This document shows positions 39,072 through 51,149 of a stretch of DNA of 64,000 nucleotides, piece by piece. The position numbers and the translations under genes were made by a program. How positions within the stretch are numbered: position 1 is the first letter of the stretch; each line of letters opens with the position of its first letter. The notes under the pieces are model-generated. The model was not told the DNA's origin and did no database searches. It saw only the letters and a program-made list of their open reading frames with translations. The stretch covers positions 81,406,001 through 81,470,000 of the forward strand of contig OZ076409.1 of NCBI GenBank assembly GCA_964187785.1, written 5' to 3'. This DNA is from Amphiscolops sp. MND2022. Lineage: Eukaryota.

Positions 39072-39356
39072 TTCAGTCACATTATAAGTTTCAAAGTAGC
39101 TTCATATTCAGCGTGCTATTTGACTAATGGTGATTACATAAGGTACTTACTAGAGAAACTTACGCGTGAAAACAAAGTGATCGCGGCGGTGAAGATGTGG
39201 AATTGTTTTCAGTTTTAATTCAAATAGTGGAGGCTGCATTGTAATCCTACAAAATGCTTTCATGCAGGCTCCCGGAATTTTCCATGTTTTGTAAAAAAAA
39301 TTAGCCTGCATGTTTCCATGCAGCATGTAAAAAGTTCAAGCAATCTTGACTAGGGA
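39072..39356 (+). repeat. Dispersed ~285-bp repeat, copy 1 (copy 2 at 56094-56372)
   Basis: TTCAGTCACATTATAAGTTTCAAAGTAGC...CATGTTTCCATGCAGCATGTAAAA is nearly identical at both sites, in the same orientation. Confidence 0.9.
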
Positions 39357-39756
39357 TCCGACAAGCAAGTCATCACTAGGGATCCGACACTTTGTCTGCT
39401 TTTGCTTATGTACGTGGGTTTTTTAAATTATGAACACTGAGCTTTCATCGAAGTGTTTAAAAAGTTTTCTTTTTTCCCGTTTTTTTATGGTATTTCAGAA
39501 TGAAATCTTCACACAATATATTGTCAAATTAAGCCTTACACATGTTACTTGTTGTTCCGGATTTGTTCATTTGTTTCGCTTTTTGTTTTTTAACCAACTT
39601 GAATTTTGAAGTTGATGAGTTTTTAGGTTTTTTGATAAGAGGAAATATCTCTGATCTAAGTAGATGTCTTGTTTTTGACAACTACAATGCATATACGTTG
39701 CAATGCAGCTGTTCACGCAGTCAACATTTATCCTTAATTCAACTGAGTTTTTCTAG

Positions 39757-40033
39757 GTGTCGACAACTTGATTGCTGAAGTGTTGCAAGATGCGCAATAC
39801 TTGGAATGGATAGGCCAGGATGACCCCCAATTACACCTCATTGGACTGGTGAACTGGAACTACATCCGTAATGGGGACGAGATCCAGTTTTGGGCCTCGG
39901 ACCCCGGTTCCAAACACGAAGCATTCAACTACAACGTGAACAGTGGAACTGACGAATACTCCACTTTAAACAAACTCTACTCCCATTTCATATTCTTCGA
40001 TTCTGCGTCCACAGTGAAAGACGCTGAAATGAG
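39757..40033 (+). CDS. TRPM: TRPM-family channel, coding exon 2 (SLOG/MHR1-2)
   Basis: Acceptor TTTTTCTAG|. Encodes (G)VDNLIAEVLQD...LHLIGLVNWNYIRNGDEI...LNKLYSHFIFFD...EM(R), cf. GVMKHVGEAV...AIGIAPWGxI...LNxxHSHFILVD. Donor AG|GTGCTT; phases fit exons 1 and 3. Confidence 0.9.
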
Positions 40034-40367
40034 GTGCTTTTTCGTTTCGGACTTTATTGAATTTTAGTTTTTCAGTAAATGATGCATTTTAGCACGTTTT
40101 AAAAAGCGTTTTCACAAAGAAATCGAACATACCCTTGATTTTATCACGATATATAAGTAAATATCCTTAATTTTAGACATCCAAATGAAACGAATTCAAA
40201 TGAAAACGAAATTAGTTCCAAAATTTAAGATTGGAAAGTGGTATTTTTTTCCAAGTTCTTAACCAAAATGTATCTTTTTGTAGGAAAAACGTGTATATAA
40301 TGCGGTTTTTGAAACATGTTCATATGCTTTGTGAGCACCCAGTCACCCAATAAAGTCCAACATGTAG

Positions 40368-40518
40368 GTCCGCCCTGGAGTGCTATCTGTCGACAAGTCG
40401 GGAACCAATTGTGTCGGATGACGTGGCAACTGACCTCACCACACCCGTTCTTCCCCCGACCTCGACTATACCCACGGTCCTCTTAGTCATGGGAGGCGAG
40501 CTGAACGTCATAGAGCAG
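40368..40518 (+). CDS. TRPM: TRPM-family channel, coding exon 3
   Basis: Encodes (R)SALECYLS...IPTVLLVMGGELNVIEQ, cf. LRxxLExxIS...IPVVCLVLEGG. Acceptor CATGTAG|, donor CAG|GTACAA. Not in the supplied ORF track. Confidence 0.85.
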
Positions 40519-40909
40519 GTACAAATATGGTCACTCTCACTTGATAAAATGAATGTTAATTTGGATGAAAATTGGAAAAAAATCACATGAACAAGTCGCA
40601 AAAAATCACATAATGACCTTGTCTCAACTATCCCAAATGATTGACCTTTAAAATGTCAACCTAAGTTGGCAAACTTAGTGAAGTGAAAAACGGATTGCCT
40701 AATTTTTAGTTTTTCTGAAAACTGCTTGAACCAATATAGTTATTATAGAGCGACATAAAAACTCAGATGAACTTGTGAAAAATTATGATTAATTCTTGTC
40801 AAAAAATGCTCTAAAGTGCTATTTGATTCCGTTTACGTTTGAAATGCAAATTATGGAAATGAAAAACGTTGTAAAATGGACAAAAATGTATGACCATATT
40901 TGGGCATAG

Positions 40910-42032
40910 GTGGCTAAGAGTTTGGTCAATCACGTGGCTGTCGTCATTTGCGAGGGTCTAGGCGGGGCTAGTGACATCATCTGCAGGTCTTTGAGGGTAA
41001 TCAGGAAATCACGAAAGCCTCTGACACCGAACCAAGAAACCAACATCCTCAACTTGATTCGCGCTCTGGCTAAAAAGTTTGGCACAAACATTGACGAAGT
41101 TAATCACACAGAACTAGAATTCATCAAGATTATTCTAGAATATTCTAGATACGTCATTATCTACAGAATCGACAGGCCCAATAACCATATAGATGAATGC
41201 ATTCTGAAAGCCTTGATAAGGTCAGTTTCGGATTTGGGCTGTGATGCTCTGCAGCTCGCAATGAACTTGCATCAATGCGATGACGTAGTACAAAGCATAG
41301 TAGAGGCAGAATCTGACATCAACAACCGGAAAAACATAGACGATACTTGCTTCAGGGCTTTAATTGAAGGACAACTTCCTTTTGTGAAACTTTTCCTGGA
41401 AGTTGGCTTCGAAATGAAACGGTACCTCACGCCCATGAGACTTTCCACTCTATACCAGCACACGATAGAAAACTCTACTCCTCTTTTGAAGCTGTTGGAA
41501 AAAACAGTGGGACCCAAGGATATCTACAATTTGGATGACGTGTACTTCATGGTATACTATTACACCCTGGGATGTCCTTCAAAAAGCCTAGTCGACCTCC
41601 CTGATTCTGATAACAAAGGTTTCGAAGACCCATTCCGCGAACTTTGTTTCTGGTCTTTGTTTTCCCTAAAACCCGAGTTGGTGAACTACTTTTGGAGCAA
41701 GGCCAAAAACCCGTTAATAATCGCACTCATGTTGGTTAAACTGTGGGAAGAGATCTATAATTGTTTGACTATCGATGAAATGGATCTGAAAGAGGAAATT
41801 GAGCCCTTAATGGAAGAATACGGAGAACTCGCTCTGAAGTGTCTTGAAGAGTACCAAGAGACGAACCAAGATCTCAATCACTTCATCCTTATGTTCCGAA
41901 ACCCCACCTTCGGGTACATAGACCTGATAGACGTGGCTGGGTTTACGGACAACAAGGACTTCATAGCCACCAGCGATGCCCAGATTTGCATTGAGAACAA
42001 GTGGAAAAGTGGCATGCGATGTTCTCTCAAAG
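40910..42032 (+). CDS. TRPM: TRPM-family channel, coding exon 4 (MHR2-MHR4)
   Basis: VVICEGLGGASDII, LQLAMNLHQCD, ALIEGQLPFVKLFLEVG, FEDPFRELCFWSLF, YFWSKAKNPLIIAL, GELALKCLEE, FIATSDAQICIENKWKSGM: all canonical TRPM N-terminal motifs. Ends at a putative GC donor, AAG|GCTAGTT. Confidence 0.93.
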
Positions 42033-44299
42033 GCTAGTTGCACGTTTCTGCTTATTCAAGTGATTTTCCTTAAAAAGTTTTCAAACACTTTCTAATGTTT
42101 TCCGAAAAGAGTCCGAAGTAATTGAAACAACTATGACCTCCCAGAAATGATCAGAAAAATTCTGTTTCGATATACTTTCCTTGTTTCGGGTTCAGAAGTC
42201 AAATTAGTTCCTTCTCAGTATTTGAAGTTATCTTTAAAGTTATTCTCACTATTTTCGGCCCATATTTCCATTTGGGAAAGAAATTGACTGATTGAGCAGC
42301 GTTTTTTTCCCAGAATTTGCAACGTTCAAAATTCATACCCAAACTATAGAGTCTCGTTCACAGAATTTTACTACCATAAAGTTAGTTTTCTGCGATATTT
42401 ATTTGTAGAGATTTTGGATTCTTTGGATATGACCACAATGAGCCCAAAAAGACAAAAAATAGTCAAGAATTGAAGACAATTTCTGTACATTACTTTCATA
42501 CAATTTTTGTACAATTTTGTACAAGACTTTGATACAATTTTTGAACAATTTTCAAAAGATTTTGTGGGTTATAATGCTCAAAAATTGTTACAACGAAAAA
42601 ACTAGCTATGCAGTACGCTTCGTGAGCTTTCGAGAACTTTCGTGGTTTTGAATGTTCAAACAGTACGGCGACGAATGAGCTAATTGCATTGCACGCTCAA
42701 GACACCAAAATGCCACAAATTTAAAAAAAGCTTTTTTGACAACTTAGTCCCAATTTTCACTCAAAATCTGGATTTTTCCGTAATTTAGAACATCCACTGA
42801 CCTCAAAGCTTGAACAATATGACCTCAGTGATCAACTATTCAGTACGCTTTAAAAAAAGAAAATAGCAGTTTCCCGGTCCCTGTGTAACTCTGGCTTTGA
42901 ATTTTTTGGAATTTGGATTGCATATTTTCGAACGTTTACGTGGGTACTGCTATTCACAGATATCAACTACCAAACAATTTGGTACTTAGCGTGTTCGTAA
43001 TTCAAGTGTTTTCTTTCAAAATGGGATATCATATGAGATGATTCGAAAGGTGTCAAAGTTTTCAGTTTTTCAATTTTGCAATTTTATAATTCTTTGACTA
43101 CTCTCGAGCCCTAAAATTATGTTGCTGCAAGAACAGTTTAAGGCTGTATTTATTTCCCTTCTCAGCAGGCGTCTTGTTGGTTATAATTTTCTAATCCTCT
43201 ATAATACTTTGTGGAGTTCAAATTCCTTGAAAACAAAGCGCGAATGCCGAACTAGCGGTTTTACAAATTGTTTTGATGATCTCATATCCGTTATATACAT
43301 GTGTGAACGGCATCGCTTTTTGCAGGGACATTTTGGAATACTTCTCGGGGTAAAAATTAGCCAATTTTGACATCAATGACCCCTTTCTACTCGAAATGTA
43401 GCCAAATTTGGATGTCTTTTATCCTAATGTCTGCTTGAAGGTCCCAGCTATTATAGTACAGTCCTACAGTTCATTCACAAATTTGGAAAACATCGAATAA
43501 AAAGTATTTCACGGATTTGTGGATCAAAAACTCCGCTTCTAAACAGTTGAGCGTGAACAAAATCCGTCCCTTTCTTTTGCTGGGAAAACCTACCATTAGA
43601 TGCATCTGCGCATGGAAGAAAATAGGAAAGAGGAAGTACGTCTCAATAATTGAAAGTAGTGAAAGAGCACCGCGGCAGAGATTAAGTACTTAGCGTAGTA
43701 AACAATGGCAAATATTCAAACGAATATTCAAGAGTTCAAGATCACCTGGTTGTTTTGTGTGACGTAACACATTGCGCCATCTACTACCTCTGATGATACA
43801 GAAGTCCTTTTGCGCTTATAATGTTGCTTCGCCACTAATAATGAAGTGTTTTTTTCAGGTTTTTATTCAAGTGAAAACAATAAGTTGAAAAAATAGGAAT
43901 CGATTCCTGTCATTAAAAAGTGTTGAAACACCATACAACTTTTTTCTCAGTTTTTTATTGGTAAAATGTCATGAAGCACTCCCTAGGAAAAATCGTGAAA
44001 CGACGATCAGAAATACGATGCTTTGTGATATTTTAGGAAACTCTTGAGAACTAAAAAAGAAAAACAGCTTCTGTGTACTTAGACGTTGTATGACCCTCAG
44101 AAACGCTTAGTGTTTGATATCAAAAGATATCCTAACCAAAACGTTCGCAAAATACATTTCTCGACATGGTATCGTAATTTAATTTTTCGTCCATCTTTCA
44201 TATGGAAAAGGAAAATATTTAAATCAAACAGTTTTTTTTACAAATTTGCCAAGCACCAAATTTATATCCAAGCTGAAGGGTTTCACCCATAGAATTCAA

Positions 44300-45600
44300 C
44301 TGACGTAAAATTCGTATCGTGCGGTATGTTATTGTAGAGATTTTTGGACTTTTTTGGTTGGCCCCAAAGACCCCAGAATGACCCAAAAATGACCCCAAAA
44401 TTAGTAAAAACTTCAAAACTTTCCGATTTTTGACGATTTTATGCAATTTTTGTCGCTTTTTCGATAGATTTCTCGCTTAGATTGTTGAAAACGTTCAAAA
44501 AGGAAAGATTTCGTTATCCAAGGGGCTTTTTTAAAGAAACAAATGCAATTTTTCAATGGAAAAAAACCTCAAATTGAAACCGAAATTGAAAAGTAATTCC
44601 AAAAAGTTCAGATTTTTATTGTTTTCATGCAACTTTTGTCCAAATGTTTGATACACTTGCTAGCTTAGAAAGTTAAAAAGGATCAACAAGGAAAGAATTC
44701 GACGTCCAAGAGGATTCTTCGAAGAGATAAATGCAGTTTGTTTCGAAAAAATGCCTCAAATTCAGTCCAAATTTGACAATAATCCCAAAAAAATCAAATT
44801 TTCAAAAAATTCGTGCAATTTTTGTCTATTTATCGAGAAACTCGGTGGCTTAGAATGTAAAAGAGGTTTAGCAAGGAAAAAACGTGTTCTCCAATAGGCT
44901 TCTTTGAAGAAATAAACTCGATTGGTTTTGGCAAAATGCCTCAAAGTCGGTCCGAAATTGACAAATTTCAAAAAAGTCTGATTTTTAAAAATTTCATGCA
45001 TTTTCTGTCTATTTCGAAAAACTGGTGGCTTGAAATATAAAAGACCTTCAACAAGGAACAAATTCATTGTCCGGGAGGCTTTTGTTGAGAAAGAAACGCA
45101 GTTTTCTGATGAAAAAAAGGCTCAAAATGCGACCAAAAATGACAAAAACTTCAAAATGTATTGATTTTTACGTCTTTATACAAGTTTTGTCAAATTTTCA
45201 GGAAATTTCATGAATCACAACGTTGAAACCCTTCAACAACGAATGAATTTGTTCTCCAATGATTTTGGTTTGGGGGATAAATGCAGTTTTTAAAAAAATT
45301 TGCCACAATGAAACCAAAATACTGAAAAAATCCTATTTTTTTACAATTTCGACTTTCCAACGCAATTTTTGTAAAATTTCCAACGTTCTCATCAATTAGA
45401 AATGTGAAACTCTTCAACAACAACTGAATGCGTCGTCCAATAGTCTTTTTGATGGGATAAGTGCCGGTTTCTGATAAAACTGAACTTTACTTTGACACAG
45501 CAATTGTCGAAAACCCAAAAAATCCAGTTTATGTAGCTTCTTCATGATGCTATTTGAGTAAAATTTTTGAAAAGTTTTGTGATTTAGATGGTTCAAAACA
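44300..45600. repeat. Satellite-like tandem array, ~183-186-bp unit, ~7 copies, reverse complement of the 20165-21260 family; decayed units continue to ~47000
   Basis: (G/C)TCCAA..G.CTT.T..GAAGA.A.AAA.GCAGTT anchor near 44518, 44705, 44890, 45070, 45254 and 45435. Confidence 0.85.
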
Positions 45601-47727
45601 ATCAAAGGCGAAATAATCAGGTATGTACTTTTCTTTTTAGTTGAGAAAATTAGAGTGTTTTACATCAGAAATTTCTAACACATCATTTCCAACGTTTTTG
45701 TGCCAAGTCAGTGAATTTTCGAAACTTTTAGAGGGTACTAGAATGATGAAATGATGATTCAACAACACAAGCTGTTGGTATCCATTTGGCTTTTGTGGGA
45801 GGTATTTGCTGATTTGTGTTTGGAAAAGGTCTCAATCTGAACCAAAAATTGTATAAAATATCGAAAGTTTCCTTTTTTTGACAATTTTAGTAATTGATTG
45901 TGAAACTAGATGGCCCTGAAGCTCCAGGATTTTTACCGCTTTGCAGTACGTCTTTTGAAGGAAAACTGTGTAGTTTATTAGATGGAACATTATGTCAGAA
46001 TGACCCAAATGAGTCGAAAATGAAAACTTTTTCCGAAAAACGAATTCTATTGGACGTTTCGTAAATTTCGTATATTAGAAGAGAAAAAACATTCAACAGC
46101 GAACAAACGCGAAATAGAGTAGACTTTTTGAAAATTAATTGCAGTTTCATGTTGCAATTGACTTTTTAAACATTGAATTAGCATTTGGAAATATTGTCCA
46201 GAAAATTTGTTGAAAAATAAATGCAAGTAGTCAGAGGAAAGATGCCGAAGTTTAACTCGAAAATACAAAAAACCCAAATCTTTCCAAATTGTCGTTTTAC
46301 CTGCAGGTTGTGTACAATTGTTGAAAGTTTTTGTGACTAAGAAATTTCAATTCACTCAAAAACGACCAAACTAGCTTTGTAGTAACTTATTTTGAAGTGA
46401 GATTCGCAGTATTTTGCTTCAAAGCTCCCTCAAAAATGACCCTGATGAGTCGGAAGTGAAAAAATCCCATTTCAACGTTTCTAATGCAAACCTCTGAATT
46501 GTTTGAGAAGTTTCCATTGTTGGAAGAATAAAAACGTTCAACAGCGAACGAATGCGTTATTCAGTAGGCCATTTGAAGATCAACTGCAGTTTCACGTTAG
46601 ATAAGAGCTTCAAAATAACCCCAAAAACTTAACATTTGTCAATGTAGAGTCAATTTTTATTAGAAGTTTCAGCAAAATTTCGTAGTATTCAAAAAGTTTG
46701 ATAGGCATGCAGAATGTTCAAAAAAATGGCAACGTTGTGCATAAAAAGTTCGTCATAACGATTTGGAATAAGTGAAAAATCCTTTTTTTGTTTTTAAATT
46801 CTTGATATACTTTTTTGTAAACCTCTCGAGCAATTTTGTAATTCAAGAACGACTGGACCTGTCATCCAATAGGCGTTTTCAAGAAGACATCTACAGTTTG
46901 TTAGAAAAGTTCTTCAAATGACCGCAACGTTGTCGCAAAAGCAAAATTTTATAAGTTTTGACGTTTTTGGTGACTTCGCGCAAAATTTTTCAAAAGTTGA
47001 CTGGTTAGGTTTTGGTATACATACAAACTGACTAAAAATACAAATTAGGTCTGTGGTGTGTTCTTGAAGTGTTTCTTTCTGAAATGGGATGACATTATTC
47101 AAAAAGAGCCAAATTTGTTCTCATCATCTCTGCGATTTCATAGTGCAATGGCTACTTTTGAGTCTCAAAAATTTGTCATTGTTAGAACAGTTTGGACGTA
47201 AAATATCCTGCTGGTCAGCGGGCGTCTTGTATGTAAAAAAACTGGTGAATTTTAGATCTTATTCCAGAGGTTTTAGTTCTTATTCCCGAGCTTCTGATTT
47301 TACTACAGTGAAATTAGAACCGAAGTACAGAGTGTTTTTCAGGGGATTTCAGAATGAAATTGGAGCACATTTCGTGGAGCACATTTCGTCGTTCTTTGGT
47401 TTTTTTAGATCTTATTCCCTAGGTTTTAGTTCTAAATTCAATGGTTTTAAATGTTTTTTCAGTGCTTTCAGATCATATTCTTCGGATTGTTAGATATCGT
47501 TAGCAATTTTTCAGATGTTATTCCGGTGGTATTACAGTTATTATTAAAAATAAAATCAGTTGATTTTGATGTTTTTCTAGTGATTATAAAGATCATCTAG
47601 TAATTTTATTGTTTCGAGCGAATAATAGATTATTTTTATATTTGATCTTACATATTGATCTTTTATTTTACTTTATTTTGCCAAGATCTTACGAAGATAT
47701 CCATGGAGTCTATCCGGGGAATAACAA

Positions 47728-48564
47728 CCCAGTGTAAAATATCTTGAAGTTCTTGCCAAGAATCTTGAAATTTCTTGAAACCCTTGGTAAGAATCTTGGC
47801 AAGATTCTTACCAAGAGCGAAAAGAATATGTACGGTCTTGCAAGATCTTGCCAAGAACTTCAAGAAAAATGCCTAATTTTTTCGACTCAAAAAACGCACA
47901 AAAAGAGTTTTAGTACAAAAAATCTTTCAGGAAAAACCAATAATCCTGTTAAGAAATCCAAGAAAGGCCAAGAATCTTGTCAAGAAATCCAAGAAATGCC
48001 AAGAATCTTGCCAAGAAATCCGGGAAACCCCAAGAATAAGCGGGAAAAAGCAAGATATTAATCGATGATCATGAATGAAAATGTCTTAACTTTTCTTTAT
48101 TTTGATAAAAGTGATGCTCTTAAGCACCACCAAAATAGAGAATTTGTGAACTGAAATTAGTGTACTGTATTAGTATGCTACAGTTCCAGTCTAAAACAGA
48201 CGATATGTCAATTGGTACCAACAACGTTATCAATCTGATTCAAGAATTTGGCTCCAAAATACTTTCGGAAAGTTTCCCTGATTTCATCTTCAATATTTTT
48301 CCATGTTTCCGCAGGAAATTTTATTATAAACAAAATTCGTTCCATACGAACGCTCCTGGTTGGTGTTTGATGAAATGCATAAATTATCACAGACTTGCTA
48401 CATGCAGTTTTCACCTCCCGGATTTCCAAGATTTCCACCAAGAGTTCCAAGATTTTTTAACGGTCCAAGATAATTCAAGATCTTATCAAGGGTTTCAAGA
48501 GGTAACGGGAATTTGCGGGAAAATCCAAGATCTTGGCAAGAGTTTCAAGATATTTTACACTGGG
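47728..48564. mobile_element. MITE/non-autonomous element, 837 bp, with CCCAG...CTGGG termini, CAAGA(A)TCTTG subterminal repeats and 2-bp TSD (AA); probably CMC/EnSpm-type
   Basis: TIR CCCAGTGTAAAATATCTTGAA / TTCAAGATATTTTACACTGGG, with AA on both flanks. Confidence 0.9.
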
Positions 48565-48623
48565 AATGTTAACAGAAATCAATAACAAAAAATATCTTTA
48601 TCACACGCTTTTTTGAGCAGAAA

Positions 48624-48911
48624 CTTTTCGAATAACATAAATTCCCGCTTGAAGACTCAATTTTCCATCAAATATTTTTAATTTGAGTCTTCAAGCGGGA
48701 ATTTATGTTATTCGAAAAGCTTATTTATGTTATTCGGAATATTCATTCAGCACAAAATTTAGCGGAAAATGAGGACTACTGCAATAAAACTTCTCTCACG
48801 TAAGAAGACTCAAATTGAAAATATTTGATGGAAAATTGAGTCTTCTTAAGTGAGAGAAGTTTTATTGCAGTAGTCCTCATTTTCCGCTAAATTTTGTGCT
48901 GAATGAATATT
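48624..48911. repeat. Twin long hairpins sharing an inverted core
   Basis: Hairpin 1 has perfect 37-bp arms (48624-48660 / 48683-48719). Hairpin 2 has 76-bp arms with one mismatch (48738-48813 / 48836-48911). The two 22-nt loops are reverse complements of each other (one mismatch). Confidence 0.95.
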
Positions 48912-49234
48912 TCATTAGGTGCCGAAAAATTGAAATCTGATACTATTTTCAGTTTTCTGCTATACATAGGCTCATTTGCTTCAGAAATACTATTTAATTT
49001 GATCGTGGTTGGCATCATTTGACTGCGTTACCCCAACATTTATGAAACCAGACGGATCATAGACTGAACCATATTTGTCTGTAAGATAATACCAGTCTTT
49101 GATCTTTATGTTGAGCTATATCGAAAGTTTGGGCTATAGCGGCTTATATATAACCGAAATTTGTTATTTTTGAAGACAATTTGTTTTCATCGAAGCCCCC
49201 TCAATTTTTACTAGAAAAGAAACGTGTAGCGAGC

Positions 49235-49783
49235 ATAAAGGACGCCTTAGTGTTTTCGGCACTGTGCGACTTACCGGGGATATTTTCCAGAGAAAAATTT
49301 TCCGGAAACAATTTCGTACTTTTTGAAGAGGTTTTCGGTTGGGCTTAATTTAAGGGTAACATCTGATTATTTTTAGTCCTGTGGGATTGTTGAGTGTTTT
49401 CTCACTAATTGTGCAAAGACCTACGGTTTTTTTCGGCACTGTGCGACCCTCAACCTGAAAAAATTTTGGCTTGGAAAAAGTGTTTTAAACGCCAAGATTG
49501 CTAAGCAATTGCTAATTTAATGGGTCTCCTTTTGGGTTTTTCGGCAATTAGAAGAGACTTGCAAAATTTTGGCAAGACTTTTTCCTGGTTTCCGAAAAAA
49601 ATGGGTGTTTTGATGTGTCCAGTTGGGAAAAAAGTGGTTTTCGAGTTTTATGTGTATCCCTTCGGGTTTCTTGGCACTGTAAAACTGATGAATATATAAC
49701 ATTTGTTTCGTTTTCCATATTTAGGAAACTTTATTCTTTTGAATCGTGGGCGGGGCGACGACTTGGGCCGTTCCCGGCTTGTT
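49235..49783 (-). mobile_element. Family-A repeat (DINE-1/Helentron-like)
   Basis: Terminus GACTTGGGCCGTTCCCGGCTTGTT. The internal segment 49500-49700 is the reverse complement of 3255-3400. Confidence 0.7.
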
Positions 49784-49871
49784 AAATTCTTGATTAAGAG
49801 CTAAGATTACTTTAGGGTGAAAAGATTAGTCCTAAAAATAAACCCTTGAATCTTAATATTCATTCTTTCAG

Positions 49872-50494
49872 GGATAATCTACTCACTGTTCGTTCCCTTT
49901 TCCATTCCACAAATCTACAGCGAGAAGATAGAGCTCAACTTCGACGCGGACTCAAACGACAACGGACTCACCCTAGAAGAGGAGATCCTTCTTTTGGAGG
50001 AGCAGAACCAAAAAACCTACAAAATGCTCAAACAGATAAAGGAGGACGAAAAACTCAAAGAAAAAAGTGAAAAACTCGGCGAAGTTAGCAGTGTTTATAA
50101 TGGCGGGAAATCTTTGCCCAAACTGGGAGAGGAGGAACAAGTCCCGTTGATGCCCACTGTGATTGTGAAAACAAAAAAAGGAGACAAGGAAGGGTCTTCT
50201 AGCGGAAGTTTGAACTTTCCCGAGGATCCGGACGTTCTGATTGGTCAATTAGACGACACGACTGGCGTGTCGCTGAAACAGACGACATATTCTCAGTTTT
50301 ATCAAGCCCCTGTGACCAAGTTTTTCCTTCACATTTCCATGTACTTCATATTCCTCTTAATTTATACCTACTTTTATTGCTACGAGAACGCGCCCGGGTA
50401 TCTAAACAGCTGGAAAATTACTATTTTCGTCTATATGCTCTCCTACGTCATCGAGATTATTTGGCATTTCTGCCAGGGGGATATTGGATTCAAG
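49872..50494 (+). CDS. TRPM: TRPM-family channel, coding exon 5 (pre-S1, S1, S2)
   Basis: Acceptor TTCATTCTTTCAG|. Encodes (G)IIYSLFVPFSIP...SQFYQAPVTKFFLHISMYFIFLLIYTYFY...WKITIFVYMLSYVIEIIWHF...GFK, cf. FYxAPIVKFW and the S1/S2 helices. Donor AAG|GTTAGC. Confidence 0.9.
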
Positions 50495-51149
50495 GTTAGC
50501 AAATATTACTAATTAATTTTTTATAGATTAAACAAAACTGGTACGGCCTTCTGGTCAATATAGACCAATAAAGGTTACTAAACAAACAACGTCGGAGCGA
50601 AACTGCGGGTGTAAATGGAAATACTTAAGGTCTCACCAAAGCGTGAACAACTTCCTTGCAATATAGAGACTCAGACTCCTGGTAACAAATGAAATATAAC
50701 TGGGATCGAAACGGGAGTTCATATTGGCAGTACGTCCATGAAAATACATTGTGCGCCCAACTGAATCGATTGCAAACTTGTTTCACGCGCCTATAGGCTA
50801 CTATAGGTTACTATATTTCACGCAGCTATAGCTACGGTAATCACCGCGTGATGCAATTTGCGCCAGTTTTCACATTCTGGATTGTTCAAACTCTTAGCAT
50901 ATGTCTCTTTTTCGAATATCTCCTGCAGTGTTGCGAAAAATTGCGTAACACCTTGACGTTGAGAACTGACATCGATTTTCGACCTTCGTGTTAGAATTTC
51001 ATTACTTTAGCATCGTTTTTTGAGAACACCAACTGGAAAAACTTGAAAATTTTGAAGAGAATTATCTTTTCAAAAGTACTCTTGAAGCTGAAATGATTTT
51101 AAAATAAGGAGACTGTCAGCTCAGAAGAAAATTTCAATTTCTTCGCGAT

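Noticed and set aside
43119-43370. ORF considered as an extra TRPM exon between exons 4 and 5
   Set aside because: Exon 4 joins exon 5 in frame with continuous TRPM alignment (WKSGMRCSLKGIIYSLFVP), and this ORF has no TRPM motif.
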